NCBI GenBank assembly: GCA_029067025.1
Contig: JAIEFH010000041.1
Location: forward strand, 1 to 47,657
Direction: 5' to 3'
From: Oscillospiraceae bacterium
Lineage (GTDB): Bacteria > Bacillota > Clostridia > Oscillospirales > Oscillospiraceae
DNA length: 47,657 nt
Shown here: in pieces, positions 1-9,734 of the stretch
How the letters are laid out: every line of letters begins with the position of its first letter
Numbering within the stretch: position 1 is the stretch's first letter
The notes under the pieces: model-generated
Databases searched by the model: none
What the model was told of the DNA's origin: nothing
What the model saw: the letters and a program-made list of their open reading frames with translations, nothing else
Position numbers and translations under genes: made by a program

Positions 1-96
1 GTCCAGCAGATTGACCCCCATGGTAATGGTGCGCACGTCCAGATGCTGGTGGTCGATCATCTGGATGGTCTGCAAAATGTCGTTGGTGTTTATCAT
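1..96 (-). CDS. PFL/UPF0210 (DUF711) family protein, N-terminus (runs off window)
   Basis: Own translation [32 protein letters not shown]; typical N-terminus; follows the ACT-domain gene as usual. Confidence 0.85.
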   Translation of the reverse strand, partial: MINTNDILQTIQMIDHQHLDVRTITMGVNLLD

Positions 97-106
97 GGCT
101 CAGCCC

Positions 107-376
107 TCAGATTCGGTGCATGGCATTGAAGATGTCCTCACGCTGGATGCGGATGTCCAGGTTCCGCTCCTTGCCCGCTTCCGCCAGATCCTCCCGCAGG
201 CGGGCGAAGGGCACCGTGGCCTGGGACGCGTCCACCAGCATAATCATGGTAAAATACTCCTGGAGGACGGTCTGGCTGATGTCCAGCACGTTGACGTTCT
301 TCTCACTGAGCAGGGCGCACACGGCGGCGATGATGCCCACCTGGTCCTTCCCGATGACGGTGACGATGGCTTTCAT
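107..376 (-). CDS. ACT domain protein (UPF0237)
   Basis: MKAIVTVIGKDQVGIIA...DIFNAMHRI signature. Confidence 0.92.
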   Translation of the reverse strand: MKAIVTVIGKDQVGIIAAVCALLSEKNVNVLDISQTVLQEYFTMIMLVDASQATVPFARLREDLAEAGKERNLDIRIQREDIFNAMHRI

Positions 377-392
377 AGGGGTTCCTCCCGTT

Positions 393-878
393 CTACAGTT
401 TTAACTCATACAGCAGCATGACGGGCCTGCCGTTGCGTTCGATGGTCTTGACGATCTCAAATCCGGCGGACAGGTAGATGTCCCGCACCACAAATTCCTC
501 CGCCCCGGTGTCCAGCCGAATGAAGCGCACGCCCCGGCGGGCGCACTCCCCCTTGACGGCCTCCACCACCCGGGCGGCCATGCCCCGGTGGGCAAACTTC
601 CGCCGGACGCACAGCTTGTGGAGGTAAGCGGCCTCAAATGGGGGCGCCTCCGGCCACCACTCCCGGTCGCTCCACTGGAGGATGAAGGCGCAGGCCTCCT
701 CCCCGTCCACCGTGCCCACATAGAAATTCGACCGCCCGGCCTCAACCGTGAGCAGCTCCTCCGGCGTGAGCCACTCGTCCGGCCACACCCGCAGCCCCCG
801 GCTCCGGCCCCAGGCGGCCACCTCCCGCATGATCTCTATGGCCCGCTCGGGGCAGTTTGGAATCAGCGTCAGCCCCAT
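393..878 (-). CDS. GNAT family N-acetyltransferase
   Basis: YLHKLCVRRKFAHRGMA acetyl-CoA motif A; RLDT...YLSAGF. Confidence 0.85.
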   Translation of the reverse strand: MGLTLIPNCPERAIEIMREVAAWGRSRGLRVWPDEWLTPEELLTVEAGRSNFYVGTVDGEEACAFILQWSDREWWPEAPPFEAAYLHKLCVRRKFAHRGMAARVVEAVKGECARRGVRFIRLDTGAEEFVVRDIYLSAGFEIVKTIERNGRPVMLLYELKL

Positions 879-881
879 GGC

Positions 882-1457
882 CTACCCAAGATCGTCCAGG
901 GTGAGCTGGAACGCCCCACCCATCCGCTCCAGGAACCAGTCCACTTCCTCCATGTTCATGGAACGCAGGGCGGCCATGGTCTCGTCCTCGGCGCGGCCAA
1001 ACTCGGTGCTGCCCGCCTTGCGCTCCTCCACGCACTTGAGCCACGCCGCCAGCTTGTCCGCCGCCTTCACATAGCGCTTGACGGTCTTGTCGCTCTCCCG
1101 CACCAGCGGCTCGTAGGCGGGGGCCAGCTCGGGGGGCAGCATGGACAGCAGCTTGTCCTGGGCCACCGCCTCCACCTGGCGGTAGGCGGTCTTGATGTCT
1201 GGGTTGTAGTACTTGATGGGGGTGGGCATATCGCCGGTGATGATCTCCGGCGCGTCGTGGAATAACGCCGCCACGGCGGCCTTGTCCGGGTCGATCTCTT
1301 TCTGGAACACGTCCCGGCCGATGACCGCCAGGGCGTGGGCCAGCACCGCCACCTCGTAGGAATGCTCCTCCACGTTCTCGGTTCGGGTGTTGCGCATCAG
1401 CGCCCAGCGGGCAATGTAGCGCATTCGGAAGATGTAGGCAAAGAAACTGTAGTTCAT
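882..1457 (-). CDS. yfbR: HD-domain 5'-deoxynucleotidase YfbR-like
   Basis: RMRYIARW, ENVEEHS, ALFHDAPEIITGDMPTPIKY, VKAADK; start moved to ATG at 1457. Confidence 0.88.
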   Translation of the reverse strand: MNYSFFAYIFRMRYIARWALMRNTRTENVEEHSYEVAVLAHALAVIGRDVFQKEIDPDKAAVAALFHDAPEIITGDMPTPIKYYNPDIKTAYRQVEAVAQDKLLSMLPPELAPAYEPLVRESDKTVKRYVKAADKLAAWLKCVEERKAGSTEFGRAEDETMAALRSMNMEEVDWFLERMGGAFQLTLDDLG

Positions 1458-1539
1458 ACGCGGGGCCGCCTTTCTATATCTGCCCCGGTATTTTATCATG
1501 GCGAGAGGAAAATGTACAGCAAAAATCACGAGAACTGAA

Positions 1540-1587
1540 TTGACAAAACCGTTTACAGACGCTATAATTAAACTCAAAGTTTAATTA
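1540..1587 (+). promoter_or_regulatory. Consensus sigma-A promoter with overlapping palindromic (TetR) operator
   Basis: TTGACA 1540-1545, 17-nt spacer, TATAAT 1563-1568; perfect inverted repeat TAATTAAACT-caa-AGTTTAATTA 1565-1587. Confidence 0.85.
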
Positions 1588-1603
1588 AATTATGGAGGAA
1601 GAA

Positions 1604-2251
1604 ATGGGACGAAGGAAAAAAGAGCCTAGAAGTGTACACAGAGAAAAAATTGCGGCAGCTGCGTCCACATTGTTTATGGAAAAAGGCATAGCCGCAACAT
1701 CCATGGACGATGTTGCCAAAGCAGCCGGATATAGCAAGGCAACCTTGTATGTGTACTTTGAAAACAAAGAAGAAATTGTTGGTATTTTAGTGCTGAATAG
1801 CATGAAAAAGCTTTACGATTATATAGCTTCTGCGTTGGCACAGTCTGAAACAACAAAAGATAGGTATGATTCTATTTGCCGTGGGTTAATTCAGTATCAA
1901 GAGGAGTTCCCTTTTTACTTCAAAATGGTATTGGATAAGATCAATATTGATTTTGAAAGCCAGGCTTATCTGCCAGAAGAAAAAGAAACTTATCAAATAG
2001 GTGAGGCAATAAACGAGAAGATAAAAGAGTTTATTATATCCGGAATAGAGAAAGGCGATCTGCGCACTAATCTAGAAATTACGCCAACTATCTATCATTT
2101 TTGGGGGATGTTGTCTGGGATTATTCTGCTTGCCGCAAACAAAGAGGAATATATCAAAAAGACAACGGGATCATCAAAAATCCAATTTTTAGACCAAGGT
2201 TTTCAGATGTTATATCGTTCTATTACGCGCAGAGGGAATGGTTATGAGTAA
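1604..2251 (+). CDS. TetR/AcrR family transcriptional regulator
   Basis: HTH ATSMDDVAKAAGYSKATLYVYFENKEE; GGAGG upstream of ATG 1604; AT-rich. Confidence 0.92.
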   Translation: MGRRKKEPRSVHREKIAAAASTLFMEKGIAATSMDDVAKAAGYSKATLYVYFENKEEIVGILVLNSMKKLYDYIASALAQSETTKDRYDSICRGLIQYQEEFPFYFKMVLDKINIDFESQAYLPEEKETYQIGEAINEKIKEFIISGIEKGDLRTNLEITPTIYHFWGMLSGIILLAANKEEYIKKTTGSSKIQFLDQGFQMLYRSITRRGNGYE

Positions 2252-2813
2252 GAAGAGTATACTTGCTATTTTAGGAAGTCCCCATGTAAACGGAATGACC
2301 GCAGCTATGTTAGATTGTGCAATTTGTGAAGCGGAAAGAAAAGGCTATACAGTGACCAAAATCAATTTATACGAAAAAAATCTTTTCTACTGTAAAGGCT
2401 GCAGGGCTTGTATGAAAACGCAGACCTGTATTCTAAAAGATGATATACAGGAAATTGCAGATTTTATCCATAAATGTCAAGTCGTTATTCTTGCCGCTCC
2501 TGTCTACTGGGCAAATGTTCCTGCCCCGGTTAAAAACCTATTTGACCGATTATTAGGAACGGCTACGGAAGAAACAAGTACCTTTCCTAAACCACATCTG
2601 CAAGGCAAGAAATATTTGCTTTTGACTTCTTGCAATACCCCTGCTCCCTTTTCGTGGATATTGGGACAAAGCAGAGGTGCAATCCGCAATATGAATGAAT
2701 TTTTCAAGACAGCGGGTATGAAGCCAATGGGAAAAGTTGTATGCGCGGGCGCGGCAAATAAAAAGGAACTGCCAAAGCAGATAGTCAGAAAGATTGAGAG
2801 GCGTCTGAAATGA
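2244..2813 (+). CDS. Flavodoxin family / iron-sulfur flavoprotein-like (NADPH-dependent FMN reductase fold)
   Basis: GSPHVNGMT, CxxCxxC (CKGCRAC...C), AAPVYW. Confidence 0.85.
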   Translation: MSKKSILAILGSPHVNGMTAAMLDCAICEAERKGYTVTKINLYEKNLFYCKGCRACMKTQTCILKDDIQEIADFIHKCQVVILAAPVYWANVPAPVKNLFDRLLGTATEETSTFPKPHLQGKKYLLLTSCNTPAPFSWILGQSRGAIRNMNEFFKTAGMKPMGKVVCAGAANKKELPKQIVRKIERRLK

Positions 2814-3214
2814 AAGTATTGCGAAAAAGAATCATTTTGTCTATTATTATCGTCACTTTTATTTTTGGTCTAATTGTGGGAACAGTTTACCTAAAAAATG
2901 TTGCAGATTATAAAAAGGCTGTAAAAGAAACCACTTTTGACGAAATAAATATTTCTGATGTTTCCGACGGAATTTATATTGGGGAATATGATGTGAATTT
3001 TATATATGCTAAAGTGGAAGTCACAGTGCAAAATGGAAAAATCATAGATATTAGTATTTTGGAACATAAGCATGAGCGCGGAAAAGCCGCAGAAGCCATA
3101 ATTGACGAAATCGTTGACGAACAAAGAATTGATGTTGACGCAATATCCGGTGCAACAAATTCAAGCACCGTCATAAAGAAAGCAGTTGAAAATGCTCTGA
3201 AAAGAGGATCATAA
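2810..3214 (+). CDS. FMN-binding (flavinylated) membrane-anchored protein
   Basis: N-terminal TM helix; DGIYIGEY, VDAISGATNSS flavinylation motif. Confidence 0.88.
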   Translation: MKVLRKRIILSIIIVTFIFGLIVGTVYLKNVADYKKAVKETTFDEINISDVSDGIYIGEYDVNFIYAKVEVTVQNGKIIDISILEHKHERGKAAEAIIDEIVDEQRIDVDAISGATNSSTVIKKAVENALKRGS

Positions 3215-3459
3215 AAAATCTAATAAAAGGATAACAAGTCTTTACATGGCGGCTTAGAGACCAGGGCTTCTGACATAAGAATCCCTCCTAAAATATGGCG
3301 TCAATCGTCTCCGTGTTTTCATCGGCGCAACGATTGGTTTCCTATTCCATTTTGGGGCATCCGCCCCCCAGCGGGGCAAGCGCGGGGCCGGATAGCGGTT
3401 GCCTTTCCACCCGTAACGTGGTATAATGGCGGGAACTCATTAATTAAGGGGGGCCCGCC

Positions 3460-4803
3460 GTGGACATCGCCATCTACACCCTGGGCTGCAAGGTGAACCA
3501 GTACGAGACCCAGGCCATGGAGCGGGAGCTGCTCCGCCGGGGCCACACCCTGGCGGACTTTGACGGCCCGGCGGACGCCTACATTGTCAACACCTGCACC
3601 GTCACCGCCGTCAGCGACAAGAAATGCCGCAACATCATCCGACGGGCCCGGAAAGGCGCCCCGGAGGCGGTGGTGGCGGTATGCGGCTGCTACGCCCAGA
3701 CCGACCCTGACGCGGTGGCGGCCCTGGGGGTGGACCTGGTGTCCGGTTCGGCGGGGCGGATGGACTTCCTGGACAGGCTGGAGGAACTGCTCCAAACCAA
3801 GGGAGGGCAAGTAATTACCGTTGACAGCGCCCTGGCCCGAAGGGAGTTCGAGCGCCTCCCCGCCGGGGGAGCGGCGGGCCGCACCCGCGCCATGCTGAAG
3901 GTGGAGGACGGCTGCGTCAACTTCTGCTCCTACTGCATTATCCCCTACGCCCGTGGGCCGGTGCGCTCCCTGCCCCTGGACGAGGCGGCGGAGCAGGCCC
4001 GCGCCCTGGCCCGGGAGGGCTACCGGGAGGTGGTGCTCACCGGCATTGAGATCTCCTCCTGGGGGCACGACCTCAAAAACGGTCTGACCCTGATCGACCT
4101 CATCGAGGCAGTGTGCGCTGCCGCACCCGGGCTGCGGGTGCGCCTGGGTTCCTTAGAGCCCAGAACGGTGACAGAGGAGTTCTGCCGCCGCGCCGCCGCC
4201 CTGCCCAATCTTTGCCCCCACTTTCACCTGTCCCTCCAGTCCGGGTGCGACACCACCCTGGCCCGGATGAACCGGAAATATGATACCGCACGGTATTATG
4301 AAAGCGTAAAATTACTAAGGGAATACTTCCCAGACCCAGGGATCACCACCGACCTCATCACCGGCTTCCCCGGTGAGACAGAGGAGGAGTTCGCCCAGAC
4401 GCTGGCGTTTCTCGAGCAATGCGCCTTTACCGCCATGCACGTGTTCCCCTACTCCCGCCGCCCTGGCACCCCCGCCGACACCATGCCGGATCAGGTGTCC
4501 AAAGAGGAGAAGGAGGCCCGGGCCCGCCGGGCTATTTCCCTGGCAGGCGAGCTGGAGCGCCGATGGCTGAGCAGCCAAGTGGGCCGTACCCTCCCGGTGC
4601 TGTTTGAGGAGGAAAAGGACGGCCTGTGGCAGGGCCACGCCCCCAATTATGCCCTGGTGCGGGCGCAAGGAGAATCCCTTCACAATGCGCTGGCCAACGT
4701 GAAAATCACCGGCGTGGAGGAGGATGCGCTGATCGGCGCTCTGGCCGGCGGCAAAGAACAACCCTTGCGCTCCATGCCGGATTGTGGTAAAGTAAAAGAC
4801 TGA
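3460..4803 (+). CDS. mtaB: tRNA t6A37 methylthiotransferase MtaB
   Basis: TLGCKVNQYE, NTCTVT, radical SAM CVNFCSYC, HVFPYSRRPGT. Confidence 0.93.
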   Translation: MDIAIYTLGCKVNQYETQAMERELLRRGHTLADFDGPADAYIVNTCTVTAVSDKKCRNIIRRARKGAPEAVVAVCGCYAQTDPDAVAALGVDLVSGSAGRMDFLDRLEELLQTKGGQVITVDSALARREFERLPAGGAAGRTRAMLKVEDGCVNFCSYCIIPYARGPVRSLPLDEAAEQARALAREGYREVVLTGIEISSWGHDLKNGLTLIDLIEAVCAAAPGLRVRLGSLEPRTVTEEFCRRAAALPNLCPHFHLSLQSGCDTTLARMNRKYDTARYYESVKLLREYFPDPGITTDLITGFPGETEEEFAQTLAFLEQCAFTAMHVFPYSRRPGTPADTMPDQVSKEEKEARARRAISLAGELERRWLSSQVGRTLPVLFEEEKDGLWQGHAPNYALVRAQGESLHNALANVKITGVEEDALIGALAGGKEQPLRSMPDCGKVKD

Positions 4804-4846
4804 ACCTGTCTAATTGACTTGATACACAGAGAACGGAGGTGGGCGT

Positions 4847-5689
4847 ATGCCCCCTGTCATACTCACCGGCGTGCTTTCAGGGGATGCCGCGGAAGGGCTG
4901 TTGGAGAATATCAGCAAGCTCACCGCCAACAAGGTATTCGGCGCGGTCATCGCGGCGGTGGTCTGCCTGGTGGTCATCAAAATACTCACCAAAGTGACGG
5001 CCCGAGCCTTGAGCCGCTCCAAGCTGGACACGCCCCTCCAAACCCTGCTGCGCAACCTGCTGAAAGGCGTGCTTTGGTTCATCACGGTCATCATCGTGCT
5101 GGGCTGTCTGGACATTGAGGTCACCTCCCTGGTGGCGGTGCTGTCCGTGGTGGGCCTCGCCTTCTCGCTGGCACTGCAAAACTTCCTCTCCAACATTGCG
5201 GGCGGGATGCAGCTGCTGGCCTCCCATCCCTTCAAGCTGGGGGATTTCGTGGACGCCGGGGGCTGCTCCGGCACGGTGACGGAGATCGGGATGTTCTACA
5301 CCAAGCTTACCACCCCGGACAACAAGCTGGTGCAGCTTCCCAACAGCACCATTGTGTCCGCCAACATCATCAACTACTCCGCCCAGCCCACCCGCCGGGT
5401 GGAGCTGAAGGTGTCCGCCAGCTACGACGCGCCCACCGATCAGGTCATTGCCTTGCTGAAGGGGATGGCGGTGGATCACCCGCTGGCGCTGGCCGAGCCG
5501 GAGCCTGCCGTCCACGTGGACAGCTACGGCGACAACGCCATCGGATACGTCATGCGGGTGTGGTGTGCCAACGCCGACTATTGGACGGTGTACTTTGACC
5601 TGATGGACGGCATGAAGTCCGCCTTCGACCAAGCGGGCATTGAGATGACCTATCCCCATCTCAACGTACATATGATAAGGTCAGAATGA
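4847..5689 (+). CDS. mscS: Small-conductance mechanosensitive channel MscS family
   Basis: 3 TMs, LALQNFLSNIAGG, HPFKLGDFV, LPNS...IINYS, GIEMTYP. Confidence 0.9.
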   Translation: MPPVILTGVLSGDAAEGLLENISKLTANKVFGAVIAAVVCLVVIKILTKVTARALSRSKLDTPLQTLLRNLLKGVLWFITVIIVLGCLDIEVTSLVAVLSVVGLAFSLALQNFLSNIAGGMQLLASHPFKLGDFVDAGGCSGTVTEIGMFYTKLTTPDNKLVQLPNSTIVSANIINYSAQPTRRVELKVSASYDAPTDQVIALLKGMAVDHPLALAEPEPAVHVDSYGDNAIGYVMRVWCANADYWTVYFDLMDGMKSAFDQAGIEMTYPHLNVHMIRSE

Positions 5690-5772
5690 TCGTGGTCCCA
5701 ACGCCTTCGGGCGAGAAGGATAAAAAGGAGGGGGAAACCCTTCCGAAAAAGAGATTTAAGGAGGAAACAAGT

Positions 5773-6387
5773 ATGAATCAATCTTATCCCAATGCGGCCA
5801 GCGGCCTGAAGCTGATGTTCTGGGGCCAAATCCTGTCCATCGTGGGCGCGCTGGTGACCGGCCTGGGCGCTGGCCTGGCTGTTGCCGACGTGATGACCGG
5901 CGGGAACGGCGGCGTGGGCGTCGTGGCGATCCTGGGTCTGCTGGTGGTCATTGCCGCCTCTGTCCTGAACATTTTGGGCCTGTATAAGGCCGGGGATGAC
6001 GACGCGGCCTACCGCAGCGCGCTGATGTTCGCCATCGCCAGTCTGGTGGTCAGCGTGCTGTCCACTTTCCTGAGCGGCATCCCCTTTGTGCCCACCCTGC
6101 TGTCCATCGCCAGCACAGTGCTGAACTTCCTGGTGGTGAACACCGTGTGTGTGACCACCGGCAACCTGCTCCACTCCAAGGGCGCCGACGGCCTGGCCGA
6201 CCGGGGCGCCACCGTGGCCAAGATTTACTTCATCTGCGCCGTCATTTCCGTGGTGTGCACCGTTCTGGGCATCATCCCCATCATCAATATCCTGAGCGGG
6301 CTGGTGTCCGCCATCTCCAGCATCGTATCCCTGGTGGGCTATATCATATACCTCACCTTCCTCAACGGCAGCAGCAACTCGCTGTAA
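5773..6387 (+). CDS. Hypothetical integral membrane protein (about 6 TM)
   Basis: AAGGAGG before ATG 5773; hydrophobic segments; host-like codon usage. Confidence 0.8.
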   Translation: MNQSYPNAASGLKLMFWGQILSIVGALVTGLGAGLAVADVMTGGNGGVGVVAILGLLVVIAASVLNILGLYKAGDDDAAYRSALMFAIASLVVSVLSTFLSGIPFVPTLLSIASTVLNFLVVNTVCVTTGNLLHSKGADGLADRGATVAKIYFICAVISVVCTVLGIIPIINILSGLVSAISSIVSLVGYIIYLTFLNGSSNSL

Positions 6388-6398
6388 ACCAGCCCCTG

Positions 6399-6428
6399 AA
6401 AGCCCGGCCGGCAGGCCGGGCTTTTTTT
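6399..6428 (+). terminator. Rho-independent terminator
   Basis: AGCCCGGCC-ggca-GGCCGGGCT followed by T-run. Confidence 0.85.
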
Positions 6429-6492
6429 CGCTTCCCTGCGGGGCGGATTTGTGGTATACTGTAAAAAACAGATCAGGATGGAGTGCTGTGAC

Positions 6493-7113
6493 ATGGGAAA
6501 AGGGAAATTCATTGCCCTGGAGGGCATCGACGGCTCGGGCAAGAGCAGCCAGATCGGCCCGCTGGTGAAGCGGCTGGAAGGGCTGGGCGTGCCCTGCCGC
6601 GCCGACCGGGAGCCCACCGCCCGCCCCGTAGGGGTGCTGATCCGTCAGGCCCTCACCGGCCAGACCCCGCTGGATCCCCGGGTCATTGCCGCGCTGTACG
6701 CCGCCGACCGGCTGGATCATCTGGTCAATGAGGAAAATGGACTGCGTTCCGCCATTGACCGGGGAATCACCGTGGTGTCCGACCGGTACTATTTCTCCTC
6801 TTACGCCTACCACAGCGTGGATGTGGATATGGATTGGGTCATCGGGGCAAACTCTCTCAGTGCCCAACTGCTCCGGCCCACCGTCACCGTGTTTCTGGAC
6901 GTATCCGCCGAAGAGGCCATGGCGCGCATCCGCCGCAACCGCGACCACGAGGAGCTGTTTGAACAGGAGGAGCGGCTGCGCCGCACCCGGGAGCTGTATT
7001 TCCGGGCGTTTGAGCGGCTGAAGGACGTGGAAAACGTGGCGGTGGTGGACGGCTCCGGCACACAAGAGCAGGTGGCCCAGCGCATCTGGTCGGCGATCTC
7101 TCCCTATTTTTAA
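6493..7113 (+). CDS. tmk: Thymidylate (dTMP) kinase
   Basis: FIALEGIDGSGKSSQ P-loop, REP, DRYYFSSYAY. Confidence 0.93.
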   Translation: MGKGKFIALEGIDGSGKSSQIGPLVKRLEGLGVPCRADREPTARPVGVLIRQALTGQTPLDPRVIAALYAADRLDHLVNEENGLRSAIDRGITVVSDRYYFSSYAYHSVDVDMDWVIGANSLSAQLLRPTVTVFLDVSAEEAMARIRRNRDHEELFEQEERLRRTRELYFRAFERLKDVENVAVVDGSGTQEQVAQRIWSAISPYF

Positions 7114-7320
7114 TAAAACCGCGCCACTATTTTTGGTTAATGTGCACAGTATTTCTGAAAAATTTTTGGCAGTATTTGAGATTTTTATGTACTTTTGCCA
7201 AAAACTCTTTTCAATTTCCAGAAACTGTGTTAACATATTGTTAACAAAGGTTCGATCCTCGGAACCAGCGGGGATCGAACCCTTTATTAACCCCAATCTT
7301 CAAGAGGGAGGAATTGAGTT

Positions 7321-8829
7321 ATGTATAAACATTTGCAAAAGCTCGGCAAGGCTCTGATGCTGCCGGTGGCGGTGCTCCCCATCTGTGGTATCCTGATGGG
7401 CGTCGGCTACTGGCTGTGCCCCGCCTTCATGATGGGCTCCGAATGGGCCACTAACCTGGGCTATGCCACTTCCGGTCCGGCCTACTCCGTGGGCTACTTC
7501 CTGATCACAGCCGGCAACGCCATCATCGACAATATGGCCATCCTGTTTGCCATCGGCGTAGGCGTCGGTCTTTCCAAGGACAGCGACGGCACCGGCGGCG
7601 TGGCCGCCCTGGTCTCCTGGCTCATGATGACCAACCTGGTGGGCGCCGCCGGCAGCTACGCTCCCGCGCTGGTCGAGAACCAGACCTGGGCCGTGGCTTA
7701 CGACAAGATCGCCAACCCCTTCATCGGCATCCTGGCCGGCGTCATCGGCTCCTGGTGCTACAACAAGTTCAAGGGCACCCAGCTACCCAACTGGCTGTCC
7801 TTCTTCTCCGGCAAGCGCTGCGTGGCCATCGTCACCGGCGTGGTGTCCATCGTCGTCTCCGCGGTGCTCCTGTTTGCATGGCCTGTGATCTTTAGCGTCC
7901 TGGTCGCCATCGGCTCCTTCATCGCCAAGCTGGATGTTGTGGGCGTCGGCCTCTACACCTTCCTGAACCGTCTGCTCATCCCCACCGGCCTGCACCACGC
8001 CGTGAACAACGTGTTCTGGTTTGACACCATCGGCCTGGGCGACCTGTCCGCTTACTGGAGCGGCCAGAGCGGCGTCATCACCAAGGAGCTGATGGGCACC
8101 GAGATCTCCTGGTCTGTTGGCCAGTATATGTCCGGCTTCTTCCCCTGCATGATGTTCGGCATCGCGGGCGCCGCCATCGCCATGGTCCGCGCCGCCAAGA
8201 ATAAGAAGGTCGCCATCGGTATTGTCAGCTCCGCCGCCATCTGTGCGCTCATCTGCGGCGTCACCGAGCCCTTCGAGTTCGCCTTCATGTTCCTGGCCTT
8301 CCCGCTGTACGTGGTCTACTCCCTGCTGTACGCCATCTTCGCCATGGTCACTGTGGCCCTGGGCTTCCGGGCTGGCTTCTGCTTCTCCGCCGGCGCCACC
8401 GACCTGCTGTTCTCCGCCTCCCTGCCCGCGGCCAACAACACCTGGCTGATCCTCCCCCTGGGCGCCGCGGCGTTGGTGGTGTTCTACCTGGTGTTCTACT
8501 TCGCCATCAAGAAGTTCAACCTCAAGACCCCGGGCAACGAGGACGAGGACGCTGAGTCCGAGGAAGCCAAGATCGTTCTGTCCAACAACAACTTCACCGC
8601 CATTGCCAGCGGCGTGCTGGCTGCCGTGGGCGGCAAGGGCAACGTGTCCGCCGTGGACTACTGCACCACCCGTCTGCGCTTCGAGATCAAGGATTACACC
8701 GCCATCAACGAGAAGGCCGTCAAGGCCGCCGGCGCGGCTGGTGTCGTCCGTCCCAGCAAGAATGCCTGCCAGGTCATCATTGGCCCGAAGGTTCAGTTCG
8801 TGTACGACGAGCTGAAGAAGATGCTGTAA
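7321..8829 (+). CDS. nagE: PTS EIICB, glucose family, probably N-acetylglucosamine-specific
   Basis: LQKLGKALMLPVAVLP, PTGLHH, GVTEPFEF, EIIB YCTTRLR. Confidence 0.85.
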   Translation: MYKHLQKLGKALMLPVAVLPICGILMGVGYWLCPAFMMGSEWATNLGYATSGPAYSVGYFLITAGNAIIDNMAILFAIGVGVGLSKDSDGTGGVAALVSWLMMTNLVGAAGSYAPALVENQTWAVAYDKIANPFIGILAGVIGSWCYNKFKGTQLPNWLSFFSGKRCVAIVTGVVSIVVSAVLLFAWPVIFSVLVAIGSFIAKLDVVGVGLYTFLNRLLIPTGLHHAVNNVFWFDTIGLGDLSAYWSGQSGVITKELMGTEISWSVGQYMSGFFPCMMFGIAGAAIAMVRAAKNKKVAIGIVSSAAICALICGVTEPFEFAFMFLAFPLYVVYSLLYAIFAMVTVALGFRAGFCFSAGATDLLFSASLPAANNTWLILPLGAAALVVFYLVFYFAIKKFNLKTPGNEDEDAESEEAKIVLSNNNFTAIASGVLAAVGGKGNVSAVDYCTTRLRFEIKDYTAINEKAVKAAGAAGVVRPSKNACQVIIGPKVQFVYDELKKML

Positions 8830-8936
8830 GGCCTCTGTGCTGAACAGCGCAGGAGCTGGTTCCTCTTGTGAGTTAACTCTGCCGTGGGCGGGCTTGTAAG
8901 CCCGCCCACGGTACTTTTTAGAAAGGAAGGATCATC

Positions 8937-9458
8937 ATGGGATTTTTCGACAAGCTGAAAAAGGGCCTGTTGGGCGAGGAGTCCGCCCCCGCGCCCAAGG
9001 CCGGCACTGAACTGCTGGTAGGCGCGGTAGCCAAAGGCAACGCCATTCCCATGGCGGACATCCCCGACCCCGCCTTCAGCCAGGGCTTCGTGGGCTTCTG
9101 CTGCGGCATTGAGCCGGAGGACGGCAAGGTCTACTCTCCCGTGGACGGCACCGTCAGCCAGGTGCCCGACAGCCTCCACGCCGTGGGCCTTGAGTGCGAG
9201 GGCATGGAGCTGCTGGTTCACTGCGGCGTGGACACCGTGGACATGAAGGGCCAGGGCTTCACCATGCTGGTCAAGGAAGGCCAGCAGGTAAAGAAGGGCG
9301 ACCCCCTGCTCACCATGGATCTGGAGGTCGTCAAGGCGGCGGGCCACCCCACCACCATCATCACCGCCGTCACCAACTCCGACGACTTCGCCGGGGTGGC
9401 GCCGGTCAAGGCCGGCCCCGTCCAGGTGGGCGACGACGTGCTGAAGGTCAGCAAGTAA
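8937..9458 (+). CDS. crr: PTS glucose-family EIIA component
   Basis: IPDPAFSQ, SPVDGTV, HAVGL, ELLVHCGVDTVDMKGQGF. Confidence 0.88.
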   Translation: MGFFDKLKKGLLGEESAPAPKAGTELLVGAVAKGNAIPMADIPDPAFSQGFVGFCCGIEPEDGKVYSPVDGTVSQVPDSLHAVGLECEGMELLVHCGVDTVDMKGQGFTMLVKEGQQVKKGDPLLTMDLEVVKAAGHPTTIITAVTNSDDFAGVAPVKAGPVQVGDDVLKVSK

Positions 9459-9470
9459 CCGCAAACAGCG

Positions 9471-9508
9471 CAAAAAGGAGCGGTCCCCATGGGGACCGCT
9501 CCTTTTTG
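9471..9508. terminator. Bidirectional terminator between convergent genes
   Basis: Perfect palindrome CAAAAAGGAGCGGTCCCC-AT-GGGGACCGCTCCTTTTTG. Confidence 0.88.
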
Positions 9509-9509
9509 G

Positions 9510-9728
9510 TTATTTTGCGTTGAAGACAGTCAGGCGGTTGCAAGTCCGGCAGTACCATGCCTCGGCTTTCCCATAGCCTCTGGTTAGGCGGAAACCGCCC
9601 CGCCGCTCCAATCCGCGTCTGGTGGTAAACCAGCCCGCTTTCTCCCCCTCGGGACACCAGTATATGGGATCCCGAAGAGAGATGACAGCCCCCGCTTCCA
9701 GCTCACCGTGGCAGTACGGGCACTCCAT
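9510..9728 (-). CDS. Small Cys-pair zinc-ribbon-like protein (PF20097/DUF6487-like)
   Basis: MECPYCHGELEAG...AWYCRTC. Confidence 0.75.
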   Translation of the reverse strand: MECPYCHGELEAGAVISLRDPIYWCPEGEKAGWFTTRRGLERRGGFRLTRGYGKAEAWYCRTCNRLTVFNAK

Positions 9729-9734
9729 GGCCTT

